Below, piece after piece: positions 11,265-22,286 of a stretch of 64,000 nt of DNA (the first letter of the stretch is position 1; every line of letters starts with the position of its first letter). The notes beneath the pieces were generated by a model. That model worked only from the letters and a program-made list of their open reading frames with translations, did not search any database and was not told where the DNA came from. The position numbers were made by a program, and so were the translations under genes. Source of the stretch: Balamuthia mandrillaris (taxonomy: Eukaryota); NCBI GenBank assembly GCA_031835245.2, contig JAVKOQ020000029.1:124001-188000 (forward strand), given 5' to 3'.

Positions 11265-12160
11265 GTTACGGCCTTGCTTTTCGCTGAGCGGCCAGTTGTC
11301 GTTGCCTTTCCTCCTTTTCTTGTTGTTGCTTTTCCTCTTGTTCCTTCTCCTCCCTTTCTCGTTTCTTTTTTGCTCGCCATGTCGCCTTGCGTAGGGCTTC
11401 TTTTCGTCTTTGATCTTCCATCTCTAGCCTTATCCCAGTGTTTATCTTTTTATTTGTCCCAGTTAGCAGGGAAACCCATACAAAACCAGCGTTCTAGAAC
11501 GCCCTGCTATTTTGCGTGTGTGTGGTGTTTTTTGTTTGCGCCTGAGGAGGGGTCGACCCCCACACCAGCGCGAAGTACTGATCAAGGACGAACTGTTGTT
11601 GGTTCTGTCTTAGAAATTTCTAAGATAAAAGCTGAACGCAACCTCTTCTCCTGTACTCTTACAGCAAAGAAGGGCTGGACAAGTTACCGCCTGATCTTCC
11701 AGGTCTTGGTTGACATCAAGAGTAGTTTGGCCGATATCAAGAGCACTTTGGACGACCACACGGTCGCTACGGTGGCAGAGGTAACTGCTCTCGACCTGAC
11801 GACGAAACGACTGTTAAACTAGGTGTGCAGTATGACCAGAATGGTGGTGGGGAAAAAAGCAGCTGTCAACAAGCCACAGCCCTCTATGACAAGCTTAAAC
11901 CAGAGTACACCCGCCTTCGAGGGCTCATTGGGGAGAGGGTCTGCCAGTGGTTGTGAACTCTGCGATGACGGTGCCTTTTTCACTATCACTGGCAGTAGCA
12001 TTGCCCTATTACGTGCTAAGCTGAAAGAATCAAACGATTAGAGACCATCGAGTATAACGCCATTGGTGACAGTGAAAAGGGCACCGTCATCGCCGAGTTC
12101 ACAACCACCACTTTTAAACGGGGCCACCTTATAGAGCCAGCAGAGGTCTCGTCGGTTTGA
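11265..12160. pseudogene. Possible degenerate coding relics (short protein-like fragments on both strands)
   Basis: Minus-strand 51-aa coiled-coil ORF MEDQRRKEALRKATWRAKKKRE..; plus-strand fragments such as QVLVDIKSSLADIKSTLDDH and LYDKLKPEYTRLRGLIG are broken by stops and frame changes; no intact gene model found. Confidence 0.3.
11947..12108. repeat. Imperfect inverted repeat: 43-bp arms (40/43 identical) with a 76-bp spacer
   Basis: 11947-11989 gtggttgtgaactctgcgatgacggtgcctttttcactatcac versus the reverse complement of 12066-12108, gtggttgtgaactcggcgatgacggtgcccttttcactgtcac. Confidence 0.95.
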
Positions 12161-12826
12161 GTGGTACCAAGTTGCCTTGCTTGCTCGCGCAACTGGAATG
12201 ACAAGTGACTGCACTGGCTGTTGTTGAACAAGCAACCCCGCTTTTCGCTTGTCTGGTGTTTTATCGCTCCGATTTAAGCGAGCAGCAGTTGGATACGTTG
12301 GCCGCAATCTTGCTCTTCCAGGGGAATATAAGCTATCACAGCAACAAAGGTTTCACATGAGCGCGTGGTGCCTTGATCTGTACGTTTTGTTCTCCCTTTC
12401 GTTTTTCTTTCCTCCTTGGCTCAAGCCTCCTCCTTTACTTGCATTTGAAACACCAATCCAGACAACAAATCGGATCCAGCACACCGCGATTAACCATTGT
12501 GAATATTTCTGAACTATAACATCTCATTCTTTCTCTTTTTCATTTTGTGTAGCGGCGTCTCGCCCACCCTAGATGCCCAAGACGTGTAAGTATCTCTCTT
12601 GGTACCAGGAGATTGTCATAATGGAGTGACACGCGACGGCAACAACAACCCACCTCAGCCTACAGAAAAATTATTAGTGGGATTCACGTGCAAACGTCTC
12701 GGTCAGAATGGCGACGAATTCGACACAACTATTGTTGGAGCATATAAGAGCACATCGCTTTTGAAGTTCAAACTTTGTCATTCTTTCCGTTTCAAAATAC
12801 ACAAAAGAAATGTCATTACAATGTAG

Positions 12827-14143
12827 TTACTTTCTTTCTCTGCCTTTTGCTCGTTTGAAGGAAATGCTTGTTGATGCTTGCTTGCAATCACCTGTTCCTT
12901 CGGCCAGTTCTTGCTCTGCTCTATGTGGTGAAGTTACTACTCTTCTCCTTTTAGTGTTTGGATAACATGGAAAGGTTAACCCGAAAGAAAGGATACGAAA
13001 GTGGGGGGATAAGGAAAGATAAGGTACCGTCCAACGAAAGAATACGAACTTTTTTGCTTCGGATGGGTTGACGTTGTAGTAACAGCTCCAGTCAACCTCT
13101 CAAGCATTGCCATAGAAGAAGAGGCTACAGCAGTCGGAACAGGAAGCACAGGAACTGTCCATCCCTTGATAGATATCAGCTCTTGTTCTTCTCTTCTTCT
13201 CATCTCTTCGGAAACTCTCTTTCCTCCTCCCGCCACTCCACCTCCTGACCCCGTTTCTTCTTTTTCTTCTAGCTCTCTTTCTTCTTCCTTCAGACGGTAA
13301 GCGTCAAGCAAAATCTGAAAGTTCTGGTTACGCAAAAACTCTTCATCAAGCTTCTCCCACTTCTCACGTCCTTTCATCCCGTTGACCTTCTTCTCCCTCT
13401 CCCTTACGTTCATGATGTACTCCATCGCACGAGAGACCTGACGCCGCCTGCCGCAGAGGTGAACGAGGTTCACAAAGGTAAGAAGATCCGGCTCTGTTCC
13501 TGCGTGCGTCTCCATGAGATCCACCAACCGAAAGGCCCTCTCCATTGCATCCTCTTTCTCTGCGCATGCCGCCACCATTGCATTGAGTACTTGTGGATCT
13601 TGTAAAGCTTCACAGGAAGAAGCAGATGAAGAAGAGGATAAGTTTCGTGGAAGTTTTCGCCGTGAAGCAGAAGAATGAAGTATTTTGCCTTCTTCTTGAA
13701 CAAAGTGGGAGAGCTGGTCAAGCGCTTCATGCTTCAGGAGGCCAACGAACAGGTTGGTCAGAGTCTCTCTGGTAGGATGTAGTGTTCTTTCTTGAATTGC
13801 TTTCATGACACTTTTGGCTGTCGCCTCAAACTCTGCGTTTCTGCTCTGACAACCTTGAAGAAGAACGGCGTTCCATTGTGCAGCTATTGAAGCTTTATCT
13901 TTCGGAGGAGAAGAGTTGTTTTTCGTAGGTTGAGGATATGGTTTTGTGGCTCTGTGGCTCCTTTTAGGGGTGGATGAGAAAGCACTTCGTTGCGGCAGTG
14001 GCGAGCAAGAAAGACACAAACGGTTTCTCGTGCAGGCAAAGCAGCAGGACGAGCTGGAAGACGGAGCTAACGCAAACGTAAAACGCAATGTTCAGCAGGC
14101 CTTCAGAACAAGAATAAAGACTTACCCAAAGAAAGAGTGCCAT
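12827..14143 (-). CDS. Pentatricopeptide-repeat (PPR) protein, probably mitochondrial; 5' and 3' ends uncertain
   Basis: PPR-like repeats VLNAMVAACAEKEDAMERAFRLVDLMETHAGTEPD and LTFVNLVHLCGRRRQVSRAMEYIMNV; the Ser/Arg-rich N-terminus resembles a targeting peptide; the start codon could not be resolved. Confidence 0.7.
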
Positions 14144-14454
14144 AATTCTTCCTCACAAACTTGTGAGAGGGTCGTCCAGAAGCAGATACCAGAGAAGAAA
14201 GGCACGTTCGTTTCCACATGTTTTTGGTGTTCCAGTTTGCTTCTGTCTCTCTCCCTTCGCTTTTCTGTCTCTGTTGAATTTAATTGTAAAATTAACCTTT
14301 TATAGATGTGACCTCGCGTTTATGGTAATGAATTTCACGCTCTCGTATCCGGGCTCGTATCCTCTCTCACGTCCATATCAAAACTCCGTTTAAATTCCGG
14401 TCCAATCACGATGCCAGCTGACATCACACAGCTCATTCTGATTGGTCCACATGA

Positions 14455-15227
14455 TCAGTTGACGATCTGGAAGACCACCGAAAGCAGGTCGTAAAACACA
14501 GCAAAGGTGAAGTAGAAGAGCACCGGCCATCTCAGCTGGAACAACCAGGCGGGCAGCACGTAAGGGATGGAGAGGTTGTGCTGGAGGAGACGCGACGTGC
14601 CCAACATCACCACCACCAAACAGCCAGACTCGATGTTGAGCGCCAAGGAGGTGACCACTTCCATCACCACCAAAAAACTCTGTTTTACCATCAGCATCGG
14701 TCAAAAAGAACCCGACGAAAAGATGATCCAATGAATGAAAAAACAACAAACCTTTGGGTTGGCTTGAGCAAAGAGCATGACGATGCCAAAGCAGATGGAA
14801 TAGAGGAAGCTTTGGCGGTAGAGAGGCGGCGCGTTCCAAAGCCTCTCCAAGATAAAGTTGGTTTTGGCGGAGAACCACTCAAAATGGAAGTCCCTTGCTT
14901 TCCAATTCTTAACATAGCCATCCACTATTTTAAGAAGAGAAATGAAAACAAGAAAAGAATAAAAAAGGACAAGCAGAAAGAACGTACGGGTATGTTTAAG
15001 ACCAATGCCAACAGTGATGAAGCTAACGGTGACGGAGACCATTATGAAGACGTCTACCAGTACAGCGATCCAGCGATACTCTGGAAAGTCCCTTCTTATG
15101 ATGTCGATGAGAGGTACTGTCGCTATGTGGCCTTCCTCTCCTGCCCTGGAATCGATCGTTTTGAAATGTGGAGATGTTATTTGAAGATAAACGCGAGGAG
15201 AGAAGAAGCGAGAGAGAGGGAGAGGGA

Positions 15228-15271
<44 letters not shown>

Positions 15272-18098
15272 AGTACAGTTCGAGAGAGATGGAGCCTCCG
15301 TGTTGAGGGACGATTTTCAGCACATAGTAGCACCAAATGATATTGAGCACATCTAAGGAGTTGGGCGAATGTAAAGTTGCATGACAAAGCTTAGTTCATT
15401 ATGAAAGTTACGCGACAAGAAAGACAGAACAATAAAAGAGACACTGAAAGAAATAATAAGCACAAAAAAAAAGCAGCATACATGTGGTAAATAGCCCAAG
15501 CACGGTGGCTGCAGTTAGCTTTATCATGTCCTTCCGGTGGAAGCCAATCTTTGCAAATACCACTGGTAATGTGTTGGCTGCTCCGCCTTTACGTTTCGTG
15601 ATTCATTATAGGTTGCACAAATAAATGAGTTAAAGATAATACTCAAAACAAAAGAACGGCAAAAACAAAAGGAAACAAGATGATGGCTAGAATTTAAATC
15701 AAACCTAAAGCCACAGTTCCGATGAGGAATGGTTGTCCAACATAACGCCAATTATTGGAGATTGGATGGTCAGCCTCTGCACCCACTATTCCTGTCACTA
15801 CCACCTTTAAATTAAAGAAAACTGTGTCAATATAAAACGATAGCATTTTTGTAAAAAAATAACACGTACCATCATGATAAGAAGGAAACCTTTGCCCAAC
15901 GTGAGAAAGGAAATGATCCCACTGAAAGAGAATTCTTTGTTTAGTCCTGAGAAGGAGAAGGAGAAGGAGAAGAAGAAGAAGAAGAAGAAGAAGAAGAAGA
16001 AGAAGAAGAAGAACAGGTAGAACAAGAAGAAGAACAAGAAGAAGAAGAACAAGAAGAAGAAGAAGAACAAGAAGAACAAGAACAACAACAAGAACAACAA
16101 CAAGAACAACAACAAGAAAACCTTATAAATAAAGAACCAAAAATAACAACACTGCCGAAAAGGATGATAAACGGAAGGATAAGAAGGGTATGGGGCACAT
16201 TCATAATATGTGCATAGGCTTCCGAAGCCGCCAAAGAATAACTGATCAATATAGAAATACTGCAATTGGTTCAATAAAATAACGATCACTGGTTAATAAA
16301 GAAGAAAGGAAGAAAGGAAGAAAGGAAGAGAAAGCGTTGCGTACAAGTGTAGCATAACGGCAGCATCAAAGACATGTCGTAAATAACGTCCTAAGAAGAG
16401 CGAACCCATCGTGTGCAGATCAGGTCCTTTCTCCAACCCTCCAAATTCCTTTCCGTAACATTGAAGATAACCTTCTTGCTCAGTCCCTGCCATTTGGACG
16501 TATCTTATTCTTCCTAATTCACGACGTCTATGACTGCCTCTCCGGATTCGACCACTCTCAAGCGCGTCATGTTCTTCTTCTTCCTCCTCCTCTTCATTTG
16601 CTCCATATTCTTCTTCTCCTTCAAGATATTCATAATCTTCATCTGCTAATTCAATGGGGACAAACTCTTCGCTATCCCTCACTTCAGTTGATGTCGACCG
16701 TCTGCTTTCCTCTTCTTCGCTTCCGCTAAGATAATAGTCTTCTTCGTCAGGCATCTCTTGACGTTTGTGTGACCGTTTATGCCGTCGCTCTTCATCTTTG
16801 ATTGTTGATGTTCTCGCTGGGTTAAATTGTAAAGGCGTTATAAAACCTAATTCTTGGTCTCGTAGCTGGTGTAGCACCATAATGTAGATTATGTCAGAAA
16901 CAAGAAACAAGAAACAAGAAACGAGAACGAGAACGAGAACGAGAACGAGAACGAGAAACAAAGGACATATAAAGCAGAACTAAGTATGACATACACTCGC
17001 ACGACTGAGCTGAGTTCGCTGCTGGTTCTGCCTGTCCTGCTGGTCCTGCACGATCTTGGTCCGCTGTAGCAGCTCCACCATGAAGAACAGTACCAAGGCC
17101 TGCATGACTACACCCCACGTATAGGTCAACAGCATGGGCGTGAAGCCGCTGTCCGCCACTCGAATGGGCAAGCCCAGAATGCCAGTGCCCAGCACGGTGG
17201 CCACCGTCACGAAGAAGGCCGTCACAAAGGGCCACCACGAAGCAAAGCGTCCTCGCTTTGGTTCTTCTGGTTCTTCTGGTTCTTCTGGTAGTTGATGCTT
17301 CTCAGAAGAAGCAGAGAGTTGTTGTTGAGCAGAATGAGAAGACGAAGACGAAGAAGAAGAAGACGGCAAGAGGCCGTCGCTGCTGGTGCTGAGAAGCAGA
17401 GCGGTGGAAGTACGCTTGGCGTGGTGCTCGTTGGAGGAAGAGGAGAGAGAGGGTGAGTCGCCTCTTCCTTGGTTTGCTTCTCCTTCTTCCTCTTTGACAT
17501 TGTCTGAAGAAGAAGACGCAGAGCCAGAGCCAGAGGCATACCCAGAAGAAGAGGAGTACGGCCTTTCTTCTTGGCCTTCGCGCTTCTCTTGCTCCTCCTC
17601 CTCTTCTTCTTGAGGTTTGGAAGGGTCCTGTTTTCTTTTGTGGTGAGGGTGGTAGTCCCTTCTTCCGCCTAACAGCTGTTTCTTCTCTCGTTGGTGTCGT
17701 CGCCGCTGCTGCAAATTTTGAAAGGAGAGAAACCTCTCCTCTTCCTCCAGTTCATCTTGAGAGCGCTGTTGCAGCACTCTTCTGGGCAGCATGTCCTCAT
17801 CGTCCTCCTCCTCCTCTTCGTCTTCCTCTCCACCAACGAGACCACCCGATGCTGCCAACGCTCCTCCTCCTTCCCCGTTCGCTTCTTCTTCTTCTTCTCC
17901 CTCTCCCTCTTCTTCCTCCTCGTGGTCGGACATGACCACAAAGTCAAAAGCGTCGTCCTGGTCTCCACCTTCCTTCTCGCTGAGGTAGTGCTCCACGACT
18001 TGTCCCTCCTCCCCACCTTCGCTCCCCGAGGAGACCCTGACAAAGTCTTCCTCGCTTTCTTCGTCGTCGTCGTCCGAGGCAGCATACCTTCTCTCCAT
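14455..18098 (-). CDS. Amino-acid transporter (Aa_trans/AAAP family) with a very long acidic N-terminus
   Basis: TM1 motif FFVTVATVLGTGILGLPIRVADSGF; several later hydrophobic exons (VLVDVFIMVSVTVSFITVGIGLKH, FLVVMEVVTSLALNIESG); ends FQIVN*. Confidence 0.85.
15949..16116 (-). repeat. Compound (GAA)n/(CAA)n microsatellite in a transporter intron
   Basis: Directly visible; reads TTC/TTG on the gene's sense (minus) strand. Confidence 0.95.
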
Positions 18099-18709
18099 GT
18101 TTTTCTTCTTTTTCTTCTTCACCTTTTTTTTTTCGTTCACCTTTTCTCTATTTTTTAAGTGGACAATTTTTTCCTTTTTTCATCACATTGTCGACACCTC
18201 ATTTTTCCGTGTCGACGTTAGACTGCGTTTCGTTGGTTCGAAGCAGATCTCCAGCTTTTTTTTATTTCTGGTTTTTAATTTATTTATTACTTTTTATTTA
18301 TTTCTTTATTCTTATTTATTTTTTTTTTTTTTTTGAAGTGTGGTGGCTTGGCTTGCGGAGCTTTTGCGTGATGGAGCAACGGGAATGGGGGTACGGTAAG
18401 GAGATACCAAGTGAACCGCAACGAGGCCAATGAAACACGAATATCGAAAAGTGCAAAGAAGAAAAGCATGACAGGTCAAAACAAGCAGTTGCTTGTCAAG
18501 AACTCAGATTTTATTCTGTTCAGCTCCAATCATAAAAGAGATGAACCCACAGAAGATGAACAGATAAGCCAATAAAAACCTCCACAATGGACAGTTCCGC
18601 CTCGTTCTTGTCAAAGATTTCACGTTTGGGTCCACTTTATTGTTTTCGTTTGTTGCTCATTTAAAGTAAATGTAATGGTGTCTGTTCGCTGTTGGGAACC
18701 TGATGAAAC

Positions 18710-18719
18710 TATAAAAACT
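18710..18719 (+). promoter_or_regulatory. Candidate TATA box of the metalloprotease gene
   Basis: ctataaaaac lies about 80 bp upstream of the ATG at 18793. Confidence 0.45.
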
Positions 18720-18792
18720 CAACGGCTCGCCTGAGCTCAGTCACTCATCTTCAACAAAAACTAAAGAAGAGCAGCTCTTCCGGACAAAAACA

Positions 18793-20302
18793 ATGGCAAT
18801 CTCTACTGTGAAGTGCGGCGTTCTCTTTGCCTTGCTCTTCTTCTGTTGTACCACTTACACTTTTGCATCATCTGACTATGCTGACATTGTTGGTTCGGTT
18901 TTTTCACTCCTCTTTCTTTCGTTTTTGCCTCTAACGTTGTTCTCTTCACAACCAAATAGCTCGTGCTCAATCTCTTCCAGAGACAAAAGAACTGCTGTCC
19001 ACCATTCCGTTCACCATCACTTATCCTTCTTCCTCTGAGATCCAACGAAGGACGGTCGGCGATGCCACTTTTCACAGCCGTCGGTCGATGAAACTTTCTT
19101 TCACCGCTCTCTCTCGCAGCTTCTCCGCTGAGCTTCACCACAATGCTGAGCTCTTTGCTGACGATGCCGTCATCTCCGAGTTTGAGGACGATGAGCTGGT
19201 AGCTGAGAGCTTCGCCCCAGAAAGCAATGCCTACTTGGGAGAGGCCTGGATCGACGGAAAGGAGAGGGCCATCGTCTCTGCTGTGCTGGTGGATGAGGAG
19301 AAGGGCATATTCCACATGAGCATCACCAACGAGGAGTCCGGAGAGAGCTACGTTGTGGAGCCGACCTACTTGCACCCCACTCTCTTCCGTAGGAGCGTGG
19401 AGCATGAGTTGCACGATCAGTTTGGCAATCATATGGTTGTCTTCAAGGAGAACGTGCATGACTTGAACAAGTTCTTGCACAACGTCGGTGACGTTGAGGA
19501 GGAAGAGGAGAAGAGAAGCAAAGAGCAGACCTACTGTGGAACTGAGGAGACTGACGATGCTGAAGCAGAGGAAGAGGCGAGCTTTGCGGATGCCTCAGCC
19601 ACCTCCAGCTGTCCCCCTCGCAGCACCACCTACCTCCAGATGGGAGTAGCCACGGACAACCAGTACGTCCGCAAGGCCGGTGGCAGCTCCGGAGCTCGCA
19701 ACACCATCTCCTACGTCTTCAACACCCTCCAGACCAAGTACTACTCCGCCGTGCGCAACAAACCCGTCATCAAGTCCCTCCAGATCTACTCCACGGCTTC
19801 TTCCTCGCTAGGCTTCAACACGGCCAGCTGCCCCTCCGATGTGCAGTCCCGCCTCACCCCCTTCTGCTCCTGGCGGACTAGGCAGACTGACCGTTCCATC
19901 GGTCTGTGGCATCTGTTGTCCGGCTGCCTGCCTGACCGTAGCGGCGTTGCCGGAAGGGCCTACTACAGCGCCGTTTGCCTGTACTCCACCCGAGGCTGCG
20001 GCATCACCGGTTACATGGGAGGCAACGCTCGGTGGGTCATCCCGGCTCATGAGATTGGACACAACTTTGGAGCACGGCACAGCAGCAACATCATGGCTCC
20101 TTCTGTCAACAGCAGGGCCACGGGTTTCCCTTCCACAGCGATCTCTCAGATGTGTCAGTACACGTTCAGGGTATCGGCCAGAACAGCCTGCTTGACCACC
20201 ACGGCTCCCAGCGGCACCTCCTCCAGGAGGCTCGGCGAAAGCGAAGAGGGTGGTGAGAAACAAGAGTCTTCCGCTGCTCCAGCAGCCATGCCTTTCTGGT
20301 GA
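18793..20302 (+). CDS. Secreted M12B (reprolysin/ADAM-like) zinc metalloprotease with a prodomain; 2 exons
   Basis: Signal peptide; intron 18893-18959 joins in frame; cysteine-switch-like TYCG; zinc motif HEIGHNFGARH followed by the Met-turn NIMAP. Confidence 0.92.
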
Positions 20303-20717
20303 AAACGCTGTTTTTTTTTTGTTTTGTGCCCATGTAAATATTGTTTTTTGCAAAAATTTGTTTGGCTTGAGTACCTTTCTTTGTGTCTGTGCTGGTGGTT
20401 CTAGCATGAGTCCCCTTTCTCTTCATGCATTATTTCGTCCACGATTGTTTCATATCGATAAAACGAGATCTTCCACGTCATAAATTTCCATAAAAGGTGC
20501 AGCTGCAAGTGGCTATGTCTACAAAATTGCCTTTTATAGGTTTATTTCATGAAAATATCGGGATGTATATTAACTAATTTTTTGAATATTTTGTTATGGT
20601 TGTTAGGTATCCGAAAAGATACCGTCTGGAGGAGAGAGAAATCAGAGTGACGAAAGGAAAGGAAGAAGAAGGAGCAGCGAGAAGAGAAAACAAAAAGTAG
20701 GAAAAACAGACGACAAA

Positions 20718-22205
20718 ATGGCGGAACTGGTCGAGTCCTTGACGGAGACGATGGCCAAGAAGCAGGCGGCAAAGTACGACCCGGCCTTGGAGGCCGACGC
20801 CAGATCCTTCTTGGTCGGTTTGTTCGGAGGGGAGGCCGCGTTTGGGGACCTCGTGGCCAAGCTCTCGGCTGGCGAGAAGATGCAACCGCTGCTCAAAGAT
20901 GGCGTTCTGCTTTGCCAGTACGTTTCTTTCTTTTTTTGTGCTGGCTATGGCTGTTTTTTAAACAGTTCGTTGCTACAGTGCTGCCAACAAAGTTTGTCCA
21001 GGGTTAGTTCCAAGGGTCAACAGCTCTTCATTGCCATTTAAACAAAGAGTACCTCTTTCCATCTTCTACTTTGTTGTTGTTGTTCTTCTTCTTGTTCTTC
21101 TTCTTGTTCTTCTTCTTCTTCTTGTTCTTGTTCTTCTCCTTCTTCTTCTTCTTCTTCTTCTTCTTCTTCTTCTTCTTCTTCTTCTTCTTCTTCTTCTTCT
21201 TCTTCTTGTTGCGTTTTCTTCTTCTGGTTCTTCTTGTTCTTCTTCTTGTTCTTCTACTTCTTCTTCTTCTTCTTCTTCTTGTTCATCTTCTTGTTCTTCT
21301 TCTTCTTGTTCTTGGTTTTCTTCTTCTTCTTTTTCTTCTTCTTCTTCTTCTTTTTCTTCTTCTTCTTCTTCTTCTTATATTGCTTTCAAACGAAAAGGAA
21401 AACATATCGGGTTACTTAACAGGCTGCGAGAAGTTGGGCTTCAACTCGGCTGAACTCTTTGAAACGGTGGACTTGTTTGACGACAAAGACATGATGCGTG
21501 TCTTTAACTCTTTGCGTGTGCTGAAGACCTACAAAGAGAAATATGACCCTGAGACGCTAAAGTTTGTTTTCCTTCTCTCTTGCTCTTCTCATTTCTAATT
21601 CTGTTCTGCCTCTCTTTCTTGTAACTTCTTTTACGTATCTTGTCACTTCTGTTTCTGTTCTCTTTCTTTCTTTCTTACGGCCAAAGTTTCTATTTGCTGT
21701 TCATTCGCGAAACAGAGAACGGCTAAGCAAAGCAACAGAAAAGAAAGCGCCAGTTACCGCCAAGCCGACTGTGGCGGTAGGATCACCAGCACCTCGCCGC
21801 GTTGTTACGACACGTTCATCTTCTTCTCTTGCCAGCAGCAGCAGTCCAGTTGCCTCTCCAACAATCCAACGAAGAAATCCTGAAGCCCGTACGCTTTGTC
21901 GTACTAATTCTTATTCTTCTTCTAGTTCTTCTTCTTCTTCTTGTTCTTCTTCTTCTTCTTCTTATATTGATGAAACTCAAACATTATAGCTCCATCTGTT
22001 TCAAGTTTGGAGAATGACATAGCTGTTGCAAATGAGTTCAAGTACAGCGTAGAATTGGAGCGCATTGCATGCGATTGGATGGGAAAGGTACTTGATAAGG
22101 ATCTCGCTACACCTTCTTTCATTGAATGCATTAAATCTGGCGTTGTTCTGTGCGAGTACGTGATCTCTGTTTGTTATTTCGTTTCTTCTTCCTCCTCTCT
22201 CTCTC

Positions 22206-22236
<31 letters not shown>

Positions 22237-22243
22237 CCCTCTC

Positions 22244-22286
<43 letters not shown>

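Noticed and set aside
11947..12108. Inverted repeat as transposon terminal inverted repeats or a rho-independent terminator
   Set aside because: No transposase ORF or evident target-site duplication, and the context is eukaryotic; kept only as a hairpin/duplication finding.
14089..14143. ATG-containing 18-nt first exon for the PPR gene
   Set aside because: It has a good GTAAGT donor, but I found no in-phase acceptor joining it to the main ORF; the start remains unresolved.
15807..16289. Phe-rich and Cys/Ser-rich ORFs
   Set aside because: A short transporter exon read through into a microsatellite intron.
16895..16960. Short tandem repeats (AAACAAG)n/(GAACGA)n as a possible CRISPR-like array
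   Set aside because: Simple intronic microsatellites with no unique spacers and no cas genes.
21031..21598. Poly-Leu/poly-Phe ORFs that look like membrane proteins
   Set aside because: Same artefact: a (TTC/TTG)n array inside an intron of the RhoGEF gene.
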